Below, piece after piece: positions 55,987-64,000 of a DNA stretch of 64,000 nucleotides. A model generated the notes under the pieces. The model made no database searches and was not told where the DNA came from. It saw only the letters and a program-made list of their open reading frames with translations. How positions within the stretch are numbered: position 1 is the stretch's first letter; each line of letters opens with the position of its first letter. The DNA is taken from positions 1 to 64,000 of the IMG/VR virus record IMGVR_UViG_3300018432_000001, one strand, 5' to 3'. A program made the translations under genes and the position numbers. The DNA is from a virus.

Positions 55987-56928
55987 TCACTTTTCGACTT
56001 TCGCGAAGGTTGCGAGGTCCTTCAGGAATTGTCCGAATTCTCCGGACTTGTAACGCTTGGGCAACCCTTGCGTCAAGCTGGTCACTTCACTAGGCGAGTA
56101 CAGGTCAATATCGACCATTTCGCCCGGTTCGATGCGTTGGGCAAGTTCCCGTAGCATGTCGCTACGGTTGTCGCCTGCCAGCTTGCCGCGCTTGGCTTGG
56201 ACGTCGTGAACCCGTGCGAGCATGACGAGCATGTCGCGCGGGATTGCGAGCGTGTACCGGTTCGCGACCGGTTCGCCAGCGCTGGCGGGTTCGGTTGCGT
56301 CTCGCATGACGTTCGCGAGCGCTTCCCTTGCCGTCGGGTCGCTTTTGTACATAAGGTGCTTATTGCGTGCCGTGAGCGGTTTGTCCGTTCCGGCACCGTG
56401 CGGCATGACGTACTCAATGCCGCTGGTAGACACGTGCTTACGCTTGGATGATGCCTTGCGATCGATAGGCGACGGCTTATCCATGTACGCGTCCGAAGAG
56501 AACGCATACGTAGCCGCTGAATAGTAGCCAGCTTTAGCCGCCCGGTCCCGCGCTTCCGTCGAAATGTCCTTATCGTCCCTATGCGGGAGATTGGGACCTT
56601 CCGACAGTTCGGCTACATCCATAACCACGGGCGAAACCTTACGGAATCGCAGCGGAATGAACTTGCCAACTACGCGGTTGTCACCCGTACCGAACACTTT
56701 CGGTTTCTGCTCTTCATAGGCAGCGTGAGCCGCCATGTGTTCCGCACGGTCATCACTGCGACGCTGCGACACTCGCGCTTGCGATTCCGCACGGTCCTCG
56801 TAAAACTTTTTGACCGCGCGTTGTTTCGCTTGCGCTGGCGTCTCCCCCTTGCGAGGGTTAGCCGCTTTCGATGCACCGGGAATCCTATAGACCTCATAGT
56901 CACGATCCGTCACAAACGGTTCAGACAT
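55987..56928 (-). CDS. basic hypothetical protein, atypical codon usage
   Basis: 313 aa, GAGGAG RBS, own terminator. Confidence 0.75.
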   Translation of the reverse strand: MSEPFVTDRDYEVYRIPGASKAANPRKGETPAQAKQRAVKKFYEDRAESQARVSQRRSDDRAEHMAAHAAYEEQKPKVFGTGDNRVVGKFIPLRFRKVSPVVMDVAELSEGPNLPHRDDKDISTEARDRAAKAGYYSAATYAFSSDAYMDKPSPIDRKASSKRKHVSTSGIEYVMPHGAGTDKPLTARNKHLMYKSDPTAREALANVMRDATEPASAGEPVANRYTLAIPRDMLVMLARVHDVQAKRGKLAGDNRSDMLRELAQRIEPGEMVDIDLYSPSEVTSLTQGLPKRYKSGEFGQFLKDLATFAKVEK

Positions 56929-57130
56929 GATGATATCTCCTCAATAGTCCCATTTCGCGCAACTAGTCCCCTTCGCATATAGCTAGCCATGGCACAGTTC
57001 GCCCCCAAGGGAGCGCCCAATGCGGGCGGGATTCGTCGCGCGTCTGCGCTTCAAAACACACTGTTCGGTTAGGAAAAAACAGTCGCCGCCCGGGTTCCGC
57101 GTTCCGTGTGGTTCGCGTCGCTCGGAAGCG

Positions 57131-57148
57131 ATGACATAACTATGTCAT
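57131..57148. promoter_or_regulatory. palindromic operator-like site upstream of 55987-56928
   Basis: ATGACATA-AC-TATGTCAT. Confidence 0.55.
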
Positions 57149-57711
57149 AGGCCAGCGCGCCCAATTTTGGGGGTCCTGACCTGGGGATTCATTTTGTCCG
57201 TTTTGCGTTTCGCCTGGTCACGGGCTTGTGGGAGGAAATGGGGTCAGCAGTCAAGAGGGTATGACAGCGCTTGCCACAAAGGTCACGGTTTGGTAAAGCC
57301 TGCGTATGCCCTGGTCAGCGGCTCAACATTTCCGAAATTCGCACGGTATCGACATTGTGGACAGTCAAGTGGAAAGCGCTTGCTTTACACAGTGGATGGT
57401 CACAGTAGTCACGCTAGGCAACACGCGTCACAAGCGGCCAGCGCGGGCAGTGATCGCGCGTTGTGACGGGATGGGCTTAGGGGGACGAGACGATGCGGAT
57501 GAGGCATTGAGGGTGTGAGCTGGGAGGATGCAGCGTTTCGCCTGGTAGATTCGTCGCACTGTCGCAAGTGGAGCCGAGAGCGTCCGAAGTGGACACGATG
57601 GGGTGGGAGTGGCGTATGCCTGCCAGCGCGTCAGATGATGCCAATGAGGCATTGTGGCGCTGGCCTGCGACGATACGCGTTTCCCCTGGTAGATTGCTCG
57701 CGACCGGTTCG

Positions 57712-57845
57712 GGTAGGCCGCTAGGGGAGGCGTAGCGCGCTGGCAGTGGCGCGGCCTAGCCCACGGGTAGGGATGCACGCTGCGAGCGGCGTAGGGAGGC
57801 GTACAGCGGCCTAGGGAGGCAGGTACGCCAGCGCGGCCTAGCCGC
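57712..57845 (+). repeat. TAGGGAGGC / GCGGCCTAG short repeat cluster
   Basis: about three copies of each in non-coding DNA. Confidence 0.6.
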
Positions 57846-58084
57846 TCCCTTCACACGGTGCGCATGTGTGCGCGAATAGCACAGTGCCGCGCTGGCGTCA
57901 AGGGTGAGGCCATGATCGTTATCGTATTGTGATGTCATGCTGGCAAGCAATGGAGCGCTCCCAAGAATGGAGCCGCATGTCAAAGGCACATTCCATGCAT
58001 ACCGAGTATCAACACATTGTTTACCGAATGCCACACAGTGAGACGCCAGCTACCAAACGCAAGCGCATCGCTACACAGAGCTAG

Positions 58085-58316
58085 TCCACATGAGAGGCAG
58101 CTATACGCGCGGCTAGTGCCAGCGCGCCACTACACATAATCCACAAGCGACGCTCACCAATTCCACACAGGACACATCCACATGAGACACGCTCGCCTCC
58201 ACAAAGGACGTCCACACAGGACAGAGCGAAGATCATGCATCCACAAGCGACAGTCCACACAGGATCAATCCAAAATCGACAGTCCACATCGGAGGGCCGA
58301 TCCGTCCACAGTGGAC
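58085..58316 (+). repeat. array of ten co-oriented TCCACA hexamers
   Basis: at 58085, 58140, 58162, 58177, 58198, 58211, 58240, 58254, 58283, 58305. Confidence 0.85.
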
Positions 58317-58511
58317 GCCACCCCCTTAAAAGATAGGGGGGTCGTGAAATTTTCCAGGATTCGAGCGTATCACATGAGGATCGCTCGTGAATGCAGGGTT
58401 TTGCCATTGTCGTGATGGTGTTGTGCCTGGTGTGGCCCGAGTTTGTTTTGTAGGTAGTGGAACCTTCTCGGTGGCCTCTCGTGCAGCATGCGAGAGGCCT
58501 TCATGCGTTGG

Positions 58512-58802
58512 TTATTTGCTGGGGCCCGGGGGTCGTCCTCTTAGGGTGAGGCCTTCGCGTTGACGTTGGTGGGTGAGGGCGATGCGTTGTTCGTTCCAGG
58601 TTTCCCATTCGGGGAGGCGTTCTTGGAGCCAGAGGGGTGTGGGGGTTCCTCGTTTTCCGACGAGGTGTGCGTCGGGGGGTGGGGTGGGAAGGTCGCGGTC
58701 GTTTTGCCACTTGTTGATGAGGTGGCGGATGTTGCTGGGTGAGATGTATCCGAGGGTGGTTGCGATCTGTGTGATTGTGATGTAGATGGGCTGGGTGCTC
58801 AT
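58512..58802 (-). CDS. HTH DNA-binding protein with AT-hook-like tail
   Basis: ITITQIATTLG...PPPD...PLW; C-terminal RGRP. Confidence 0.65.
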   Translation of the reverse strand: MSTQPIYITITQIATTLGYISPSNIRHLINKWQNDRDLPTPPPDAHLVGKRGTPTPLWLQERLPEWETWNEQRIALTHQRQREGLTLRGRPPGPSK

Positions 58803-58952
58803 CGGTGGTCCTTGTGGGTTGGGTGGGGGTGCCGCGCTGCTCGGGGTATGACTGCCGTGCAGCGCGGCGGCTCTGTGGGGTGGGGTTGACGGTAGCAGGG
58901 TGGCGATGTCGAGTGAAGGGCTGTCGCATTTGATCGTCTAGACTTCCTGGTC

Positions 58953-59501
58953 ATGCACACGAGACGAGTCTTGCCCTTTGGGCATGCGCCCGAGGAACAC
59001 CGGCATGCAGTGTTCGAGAGCCTGGGTCCGGAGTACGGGTCTGAGGAGGAGCAGCGGAAGGTCGGTCTGTGGTTGTCGGTGGCGGCCGATGAGTGCGCGG
59101 GGTGTTCGCAGCGGCTGGTGTGGCTGCTGGCTAAGGATGTGGGGGCGGTGGTGTCGTTGGGGAAGGTCGTGAAGTTGTTGTTCACGTCTGCGCCGCCGCC
59201 GGAGGGCGCGCATGAGGAGTTGACGGAGTTCCTGCAGTGGAGCACGGTGAGTGATCGTGCGGAGTTGGTGGTGGAGATCGCGAACGATTTCATTGCGCGG
59301 CGGCGTGAAGCGATTGCGGCGGCGGCGGCGTCGTTGGGGGATGCGGCGTCATTCCTGGGTGGGGTCGAGGAGCGGGGTGAGGGTTTTGGTGTTGCAAGGG
59401 AAGACCCAGGTGAAGGTGCTGGCGTTCGTCCAGTTCTCTCTGGTGGAGAGCAGGGTCTCCAGGGGGCTGAGTGTGGTCAGGAAGGCGATGGCGTGCCATA
59501 G
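58953..59501 (+). CDS. helical CxxC protein (in-window family)
   Basis: DECAGC motif; 3' end overlaps opposite gene. Confidence 0.5.
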   Translation: MHTRRVLPFGHAPEEHRHAVFESLGPEYGSEEEQRKVGLWLSVAADECAGCSQRLVWLLAKDVGAVVSLGKVVKLLFTSAPPPEGAHEELTEFLQWSTVSDRAELVVEIANDFIARRREAIAAAAASLGDAASFLGGVEERGEGFGVAREDPGEGAGVRPVLSGGEQGLQGAECGQEGDGVP

Positions 59502-59816
59502 GCCGGTGGTGTCGTGGGGTGGGGGGTTGTCCCAGCCGGGGATGACGGTGAGGGTGTCGGTGAGGTGGGGGTAGCGCAGGAGGGCGTTGCGCACCCATTC
59601 GGGTACGGCGAGGAAGTGGGGGCTTTCGCGCCACCGGTAGCGGAGTTCGATCTGGACCATCTCGATGAAGGCGGCGAGGTGTCGGGTGGCTTGGTCGCGG
59701 TCTTTGGGCATTTCGTCGGGTTCCCAGATGACGGGTGCCTGGTCGGCTTCATTGATGATGCGTCGCATGGTCATGTTCACGTGGGCGTGGACGGGCCCGG
59801 GGATGTCGAATCGCAT
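59349..59816 (-). CDS. hypothetical protein
   Basis: ORF downstream of DUF6879 gene. Confidence 0.5.
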   Translation of the reverse strand: MRFDIPGPVHAHVNMTMRRIINEADQAPVIWEPDEMPKDRDQATRHLAAFIEMVQIELRYRWRESPHFLAVPEWVRNALLRYPHLTDTLTVIPGWDNPPPHDTTGLWHAIAFLTTLSPLETLLSTRENWTNASTFTWVFPCNTKTLTPLLDPTQE

Positions 59817-59842
59817 GGAGCGACGCTAGCAGCCGCTTGTGT

Positions 59843-60526
59843 TCAGATGCGTTTCTTCGGCCGGTACTTTCCTCGCGTTTCGAGGTAGTCGTCGGGGATC
59901 TGCTCGACGGGGCCCGGGGCAGGTAGGTTCTTGATGTGCTTCTCGAAGTAGTCGGCGAGCGGTGAGCCGTGTTCCCAGTAGTACTTGGTGTAGTCACGCC
60001 AGGCGGTGACGACGGTCGGGTCGGTGAAGCGGATGTTGCGGTCTTGGACGCCGTGTTCGTCGTAGGTGTGGAGGTAGAGGACGGTGTCGTCCATGGTGCA
60101 GATCTCGGGGAGTTCGCTGCCGTAGGCGCGTTCGTCTTCGGTGATGGCGGTGGTGGGGAAGACGCGGATGGTGCCGCCGGAGACTTCGTTGCGGAGCTGG
60201 AGCAGGTGAAGTTCCCATTGGAGGTAGGGGCCGATGGGTTCGTCGACGATGCGAACGCGGCGGGCGGTGACACTGTGGTCGGCCATCTCGTTGTAGTGGG
60301 CTACCAGGTCGACCCGGCGCGCTTCGGTGAGCTGGAGGGCCAGGTCCCAGTTGCCGTGCTGGAAGGCCTGCCATGAGGCGTCGTGCGGCTCGGCGAAGTG
60401 CGTGGCGCGTTCGAGTTTCCAGAAGTCGGTGGCCTGCCAGAAGCGGGTGTTGAAGTCGTTGAAGAACTCCTCGTCCGGAAGGTATTCGCCGTCGGCGGCG
60501 TTCAGCGGCGGTGGAATGGTGGTCAT
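59843..60526 (-). CDS. DUF6879 family protein
   Basis: FWKLER..HFAEP...SWQAF...RRVRIVDEP..PYLQWELH. Confidence 0.7.
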   Translation of the reverse strand: MTTIPPPLNAADGEYLPDEEFFNDFNTRFWQATDFWKLERATHFAEPHDASWQAFQHGNWDLALQLTEARRVDLVAHYNEMADHSVTARRVRIVDEPIGPYLQWELHLLQLRNEVSGGTIRVFPTTAITEDERAYGSELPEICTMDDTVLYLHTYDEHGVQDRNIRFTDPTVVTAWRDYTKYYWEHGSPLADYFEKHIKNLPAPGPVEQIPDDYLETRGKYRPKKRI

Positions 60527-60730
60527 CGCGGTGTTCCTTCCGGTGGGCATGGGACAGCCCGGGGGACGGAGGTCTCCCCGGGCTGTTCGGGTTGGGTTGC
60601 CGAGACGGTGGCTTCCAACCCTGTGTGTCTCATACTTCGCGTGCGCCAGCGTAGCATCCGCGAGACGTTCATGTTAGCCCGGTTGTTAGCAATACTTTGT
60701 GAGCATTGTCCGGTTCTGTACGATTTGTGT

Positions 60731-61369
60731 ATGTCGAACTGGGATGAACCGATCGAACTCGATGAGGACATCGAGCTGTGGGAGCAGCAGCCGGGCGAGA
60801 CCGACGAGCAGTACACCCTGTTCAAGATGTACATGAAGCTCTCCCCGCAGGCGGACACGGACACCCGTGAGGTGCTGCCGCGCCGGATCTCGGAGCTGTT
60901 CGGCAAGACTGAATTCTCCGACCGGCATGTCAAGCGCCTGGCGCGACGTTACTCGTGGGAGCCACGCGCCCGCGCCAACGACCTCGCGAAGGTGCAGTCG
61001 GTGCAGGGGCAGCTGGAGCATCACTGGCTCGTTCTCGTCGAGAACCGGCTGAAGCAGCTCGCGAAAGCCGAAGACATGATCTTCAAGGCCATGGAGGTGA
61101 TGGTCCAAGACGCCGAGTCCTGGAAACTGCGCGACCTCGTCATGTTCTGGGAGACGTCGGTGAAAGTCGGCAACGGCATCCTCGGGATGACGCGCCTCGG
61201 CGGTCCCGAGCAGGCCGCCGCCGCGCAGGTCATGGCCGGAGCCCGCGCCGAAGTCACCGTCGGCTCGGGCGATTCCCTCGACGCCCGCACCATGGAACTC
61301 GCCGAAGAACTCCGGCGCCGCGCCGAACTCGCCGCATCAGCACCGACGCCAGCGATCGAGCAGGCCTAA
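60731..61369 (+). CDS. terminase small subunit-like protein
   Basis: WEQQPGET...Y.LF..Y...YSW..RA.A.D pattern seen in putative TerS proteins. Confidence 0.55.
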   Translation: MSNWDEPIELDEDIELWEQQPGETDEQYTLFKMYMKLSPQADTDTREVLPRRISELFGKTEFSDRHVKRLARRYSWEPRARANDLAKVQSVQGQLEHHWLVLVENRLKQLAKAEDMIFKAMEVMVQDAESWKLRDLVMFWETSVKVGNGILGMTRLGGPEQAAAAQVMAGARAEVTVGSGDSLDARTMELAEELRRRAELAASAPTPAIEQA

Positions 61370-61737
61370 CCCGGTGCGTTCTGTTGCTTGTTGATGAGTT
61401 CTACCAGCGCGTGCAGCTCATTGGCGACCGCGCTGGCTTGCCTGGTCAACGTCTGGATGGACAAGGCATTCGGGTCATCCTGGTCATTCGTGTCGTCGCC
61501 GGGCAGCAGCGATGCTGCGGGCACCTCTAGCGCGTCGGCCACGAGGACGAGGTTGATGACGTTGATCCCTCGGCTGCCGCACTCCCAGTGGGCAATAGTG
61601 ACCTGGTGAACGCCGATCTTGGAGCCGAGCTGCCCCTGTGTCAAGCGCCGCTGGTTACGGGCTTGCGCTATGCGGCGTCCGACGAGTACCGCGATCTGTG
61701 TGGCGTACCCGGGTTGGTCGTAGTTCCGTGCGGGCAT
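61366..61737 (-). CDS. XRE-family HTH regulator
   Basis: IAQARNQRRLTQGQLG...TIAHWECG.R...LVADALEV. Confidence 0.88.
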   Translation of the reverse strand: MPARNYDQPGYATQIAVLVGRRIAQARNQRRLTQGQLGSKIGVHQVTIAHWECGSRGINVINLVLVADALEVPAASLLPGDDTNDQDDPNALSIQTLTRQASAVANELHALVELINKQQNAPG

Positions 61738-61832
61738 CAGTCGCTCCTTCAGGATGGCAGCGTGGCGCACCGATCATCGCCGATGGCGCTCCGTTACCAT
61801 CAGCGGGTGCTTCATGTTCTGTGGGAGATCTG

Positions 61833-62273
61833 ATGAACCCTTCACGACACGGTGTCGACACCCATCTGAAAGAGCGGTTGTCCGGTGAGCAGCGTCGTGC
61901 GCTGGGTCAGCAGCCGGTGGCGCGGCGGCTGGTGTGGACCGCGCATGAGGTCGGGCTGAGCATGTGCGTGCCGTGCTCGAAGGTGATGGCGAACCGGGTG
62001 GCGGCGTCGACCGAGGCGATGATGGAGCTGGCGCGACTCGCGCACGCGACCGATCTCGCTCTGGATAAGGCCCCCCTTCACCAGAGCGGCTTGCCGTACC
62101 AGCTCGATGAAGACGCGGTACGCCGCGACCTCGAACAGGCAACGGCCGTGCAGCGGCGCGCCATGGCTGTGCAGGCGCTACACATGCTGGCCCATGATCT
62201 CCCCGGTGCTCGACGAAAGGCAGCGCAATGGAAAACGGACCTGGACACCACTACCGATCTCACTACCGACTGA
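61833..62273 (+). CDS. helical CxxC protein (in-window family)
   Basis: GGGAG RBS; MCVPC. Confidence 0.55.
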   Translation: MNPSRHGVDTHLKERLSGEQRRALGQQPVARRLVWTAHEVGLSMCVPCSKVMANRVAASTEAMMELARLAHATDLALDKAPLHQSGLPYQLDEDAVRRDLEQATAVQRRAMAVQALHMLAHDLPGARRKAAQWKTDLDTTTDLTTD

Positions 62274-62719
62274 TCGTCGACGGCCCCGGCGTCCGCGATG
62301 TTCTGGGCGACGCGCGGCATGTCGCGCTCGCCGAGAACGCGATCTGCGCGGAGATGGACGGGTGCGCGTCCTGTTTCGAAGCGATCGTCGATGATCTCGC
62401 GGTCGAACCGACGGCGCTCCTGACCGCGCGTCGGTTCGGGTCGCTGATCCTCGGGTTCGCCGAGGGCATCACCCCGATCGGCTCCGATGAGGAAGCGCAG
62501 GAGCTGCAGGCGATCATCGCGCACCTCGCAGAGTCACGGGGGCTCGCGGCCGAGCTGCTGCGGTTCTGCGCCATGAACATGATCGCTGCCCACCACGCGC
62601 ACGACGCCCACCCGCACAGCCATAGCCATGGCCATGGGGAGAAGACGAAGAAGCGGAAGGTAGTGCGTCATCCGGGGCGGCGCGTGCGCACGAAGGAAGA
62701 GCGCCAGGGAGACAGCTAG
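62228..62719 (+). CDS. helical CxxC protein with His-rich tail
   Basis: DGCASC; HHAHDAHPHSHSHGH. Confidence 0.6.
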   Translation: MENGPGHHYRSHYRLIVDGPGVRDVLGDARHVALAENAICAEMDGCASCFEAIVDDLAVEPTALLTARRFGSLILGFAEGITPIGSDEEAQELQAIIAHLAESRGLAAELLRFCAMNMIAAHHAHDAHPHSHSHGHGEKTKKRKVVRHPGRRVRTKEERQGDS

Positions 62720-63141
62720 GAGCGCGGGGCGGTGACCGCACCGAGGAAACGGATGGCATGAACACGGCAGCCGCACGGCTGGTTCGTCTCCTCCAGGGAG
62801 ACCAGGCCCTGATCGTTGACGCGGTAGATCCCGGTGTAGCCGATGAGGCCCGCGTCGCAGTCGCGGCAGCGCGGCGGCAGCTCCGCATCGATGTCGCCGG
62901 TGTGGGCGCTGCCGTGTCGTTGGGCGACGATGCGTTGCATGTCGTGTGCTTTCCGGAAGCTGAGGGCGAGTATCCAGTGCTGGAGCATGACGATGACCGA
63001 CGTGATCAGCACGAGTGTGCTGGTGCTGGCAACTACGGTGTTGATCTGCTGCGGCGAGAAGACGGCGAGGGCCAGGACGGTCGCGGAACCGCCGAACACG
63101 CCGAAGGCAGCGAGCAGGCTAAGCAGGCGTATCGAGATCAT
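62716..63141 (-). CDS. membrane protein with C-terminal Cys motif
   Basis: two TM helices; CRDC...CGC. Confidence 0.6.
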   Translation of the reverse strand: MISIRLLSLLAAFGVFGGSATVLALAVFSPQQINTVVASTSTLVLITSVIVMLQHWILALSFRKAHDMQRIVAQRHGSAHTGDIDAELPPRCRDCDAGLIGYTGIYRVNDQGLVSLEETNQPCGCRVHAIRFLGAVTAPRS

Positions 63142-63197
63142 GGAGTGCCGTCCTTGCTGGTCGTAGATTCGCCGGAGTCTGAGTCGCAGATTCGTCG

Positions 63198-63962
63198 CTA
63201 GTCGAGCTCGCCGAAGATCTTCTCGGTCTTCCTGCAGGCGCTCATGAATTCATTGATGCCCATGGTCGTCACTCCCAGCAGCCGCACCATCGTGGAGGGC
63301 AGCAGTGTCGCCACCGACAAGTGGGTGGTCTCGTCCATCCAGTTGTCTTCCTTCGGGTCGAAGCAGGCATCGATGATCTGCTCCAACACCTCGACGGGAA
63401 ACTCGCCGTGGAGGCGCTCCATGTCCTTCGCGAGGCGGTCGCGTTCGTCGCGGCTGGGATTGCGTCCCCCGAAGAGCGTGTGGAGAGCGCCGCTGGCGGC
63501 GTTGTAGACCATGATCGAACGCTGATGAGGAGTTTTCGTGTCGTCCGCGAACAGCAGGCGCGCGGCGCGGCTGGGATCGATGCAGACCGTCCGGTAGAAC
63601 TCGGCGTAGTCCTCCCCCCATGCTTCGATCACTGACTGGCGTCCCTCCTGGAAATGGTTCACCGCCTTGTCCACCCACCGGTTGATGTCGGCCTCGGAGG
63701 CGGTGGCGCCGGAGTAGATGCCGTGCGGCAGGAGGAACGCGATCCGCCGCATGATGCGCGGATCGATCGAATCCAAGCGTCGCTGCATGGCCACCGAATC
63801 GGGGACGAAGCAGCTCTCGATGACCGTCGCCAGCGCGAACGTGTCGATCGGTTCGTCGAAGATCCGGCGCATCCGGGAGGCGAGGGCCCGGATCTGCGCG
63901 GGCCCCGGCAGTTTCTGGAAGCCGGACATGATGGCCTGCTGTGCGGCGACCGAGCGGAGCAT
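63198..63962 (-). CDS. hypothetical protein (may start beyond window)
   Basis: long ORF with coding bias. Confidence 0.6.
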   Translation of the reverse strand: MLRSVAAQQAIMSGFQKLPGPAQIRALASRMRRIFDEPIDTFALATVIESCFVPDSVAMQRRLDSIDPRIMRRIAFLLPHGIYSGATASEADINRWVDKAVNHFQEGRQSVIEAWGEDYAEFYRTVCIDPSRAARLLFADDTKTPHQRSIMVYNAASGALHTLFGGRNPSRDERDRLAKDMERLHGEFPVEVLEQIIDACFDPKEDNWMDETTHLSVATLLPSTMVRLLGVTTMGINEFMSACRKTEKIFGELD

Positions 63963-64000
63963 CGCGCGTTCGTTCTTCGACCACTGGTCGAGTTCGGGTT

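Noticed and set aside
58085-58316. Chromosomal oriC with DnaA boxes
   Set aside because: Only the TCCACA hexamer matches; no full TT(A/G)TCCACA boxes and no dnaA/dnaN nearby.
57167-58415. Short ORFs in the 57-58.4 kb block
   Set aside because: No RBS, non-coding-like composition and dominated by repeats.
1-64000. Stop-codon reassignment
   Set aside because: Genes tile densely under the standard code, and TAG, TGA and TAA all act as stops followed by an RBS.

Overview
High-GC actinobacterial mobile DNA, most likely the non-structural/early region of a large actinomycete phage (a large plasmid or prophage cannot be excluded). About 110 tightly packed, mostly small genes lie almost all on the minus strand. 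Recognisable products: Pol-beta-family nucleotidyltransferase (partial), HNH-like nuclease, HU, RidA, PadR/GntR/HigA/XRE regulators, RtcB, SAM-methyltransferase-like protein, YspA-SLOG protein, tRNA-Lys(UUU), endolysin-like peptidase, ART-like and ArdA-like proteins, DUF6879 and a terminase-small-subunit-like protein. No capsid/tail genes or integrase were seen. The most striking unexplained structure is a family of about 55-80 nt intergenic imperfect hairpins, dense at 43-55 kb, with a stop codon - hairpin - Shine-Dalgarno - start layout, a conserved GCAC-GGNG-GUGC apex, G-U pairs on the mRNA strand and covariation. These hairpins divide the region into gene cassettes. A lower-GC, largely non-coding block at about 57-58.4 kb carries several repeat arrays (including 10x TCCACA) and coincides with a strand-composition flip, suggesting a genome end/packaging site or origin. 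All family assignments come from motif recognition by eye, and start codons were adjusted by eye using RBS and overlap patterns.
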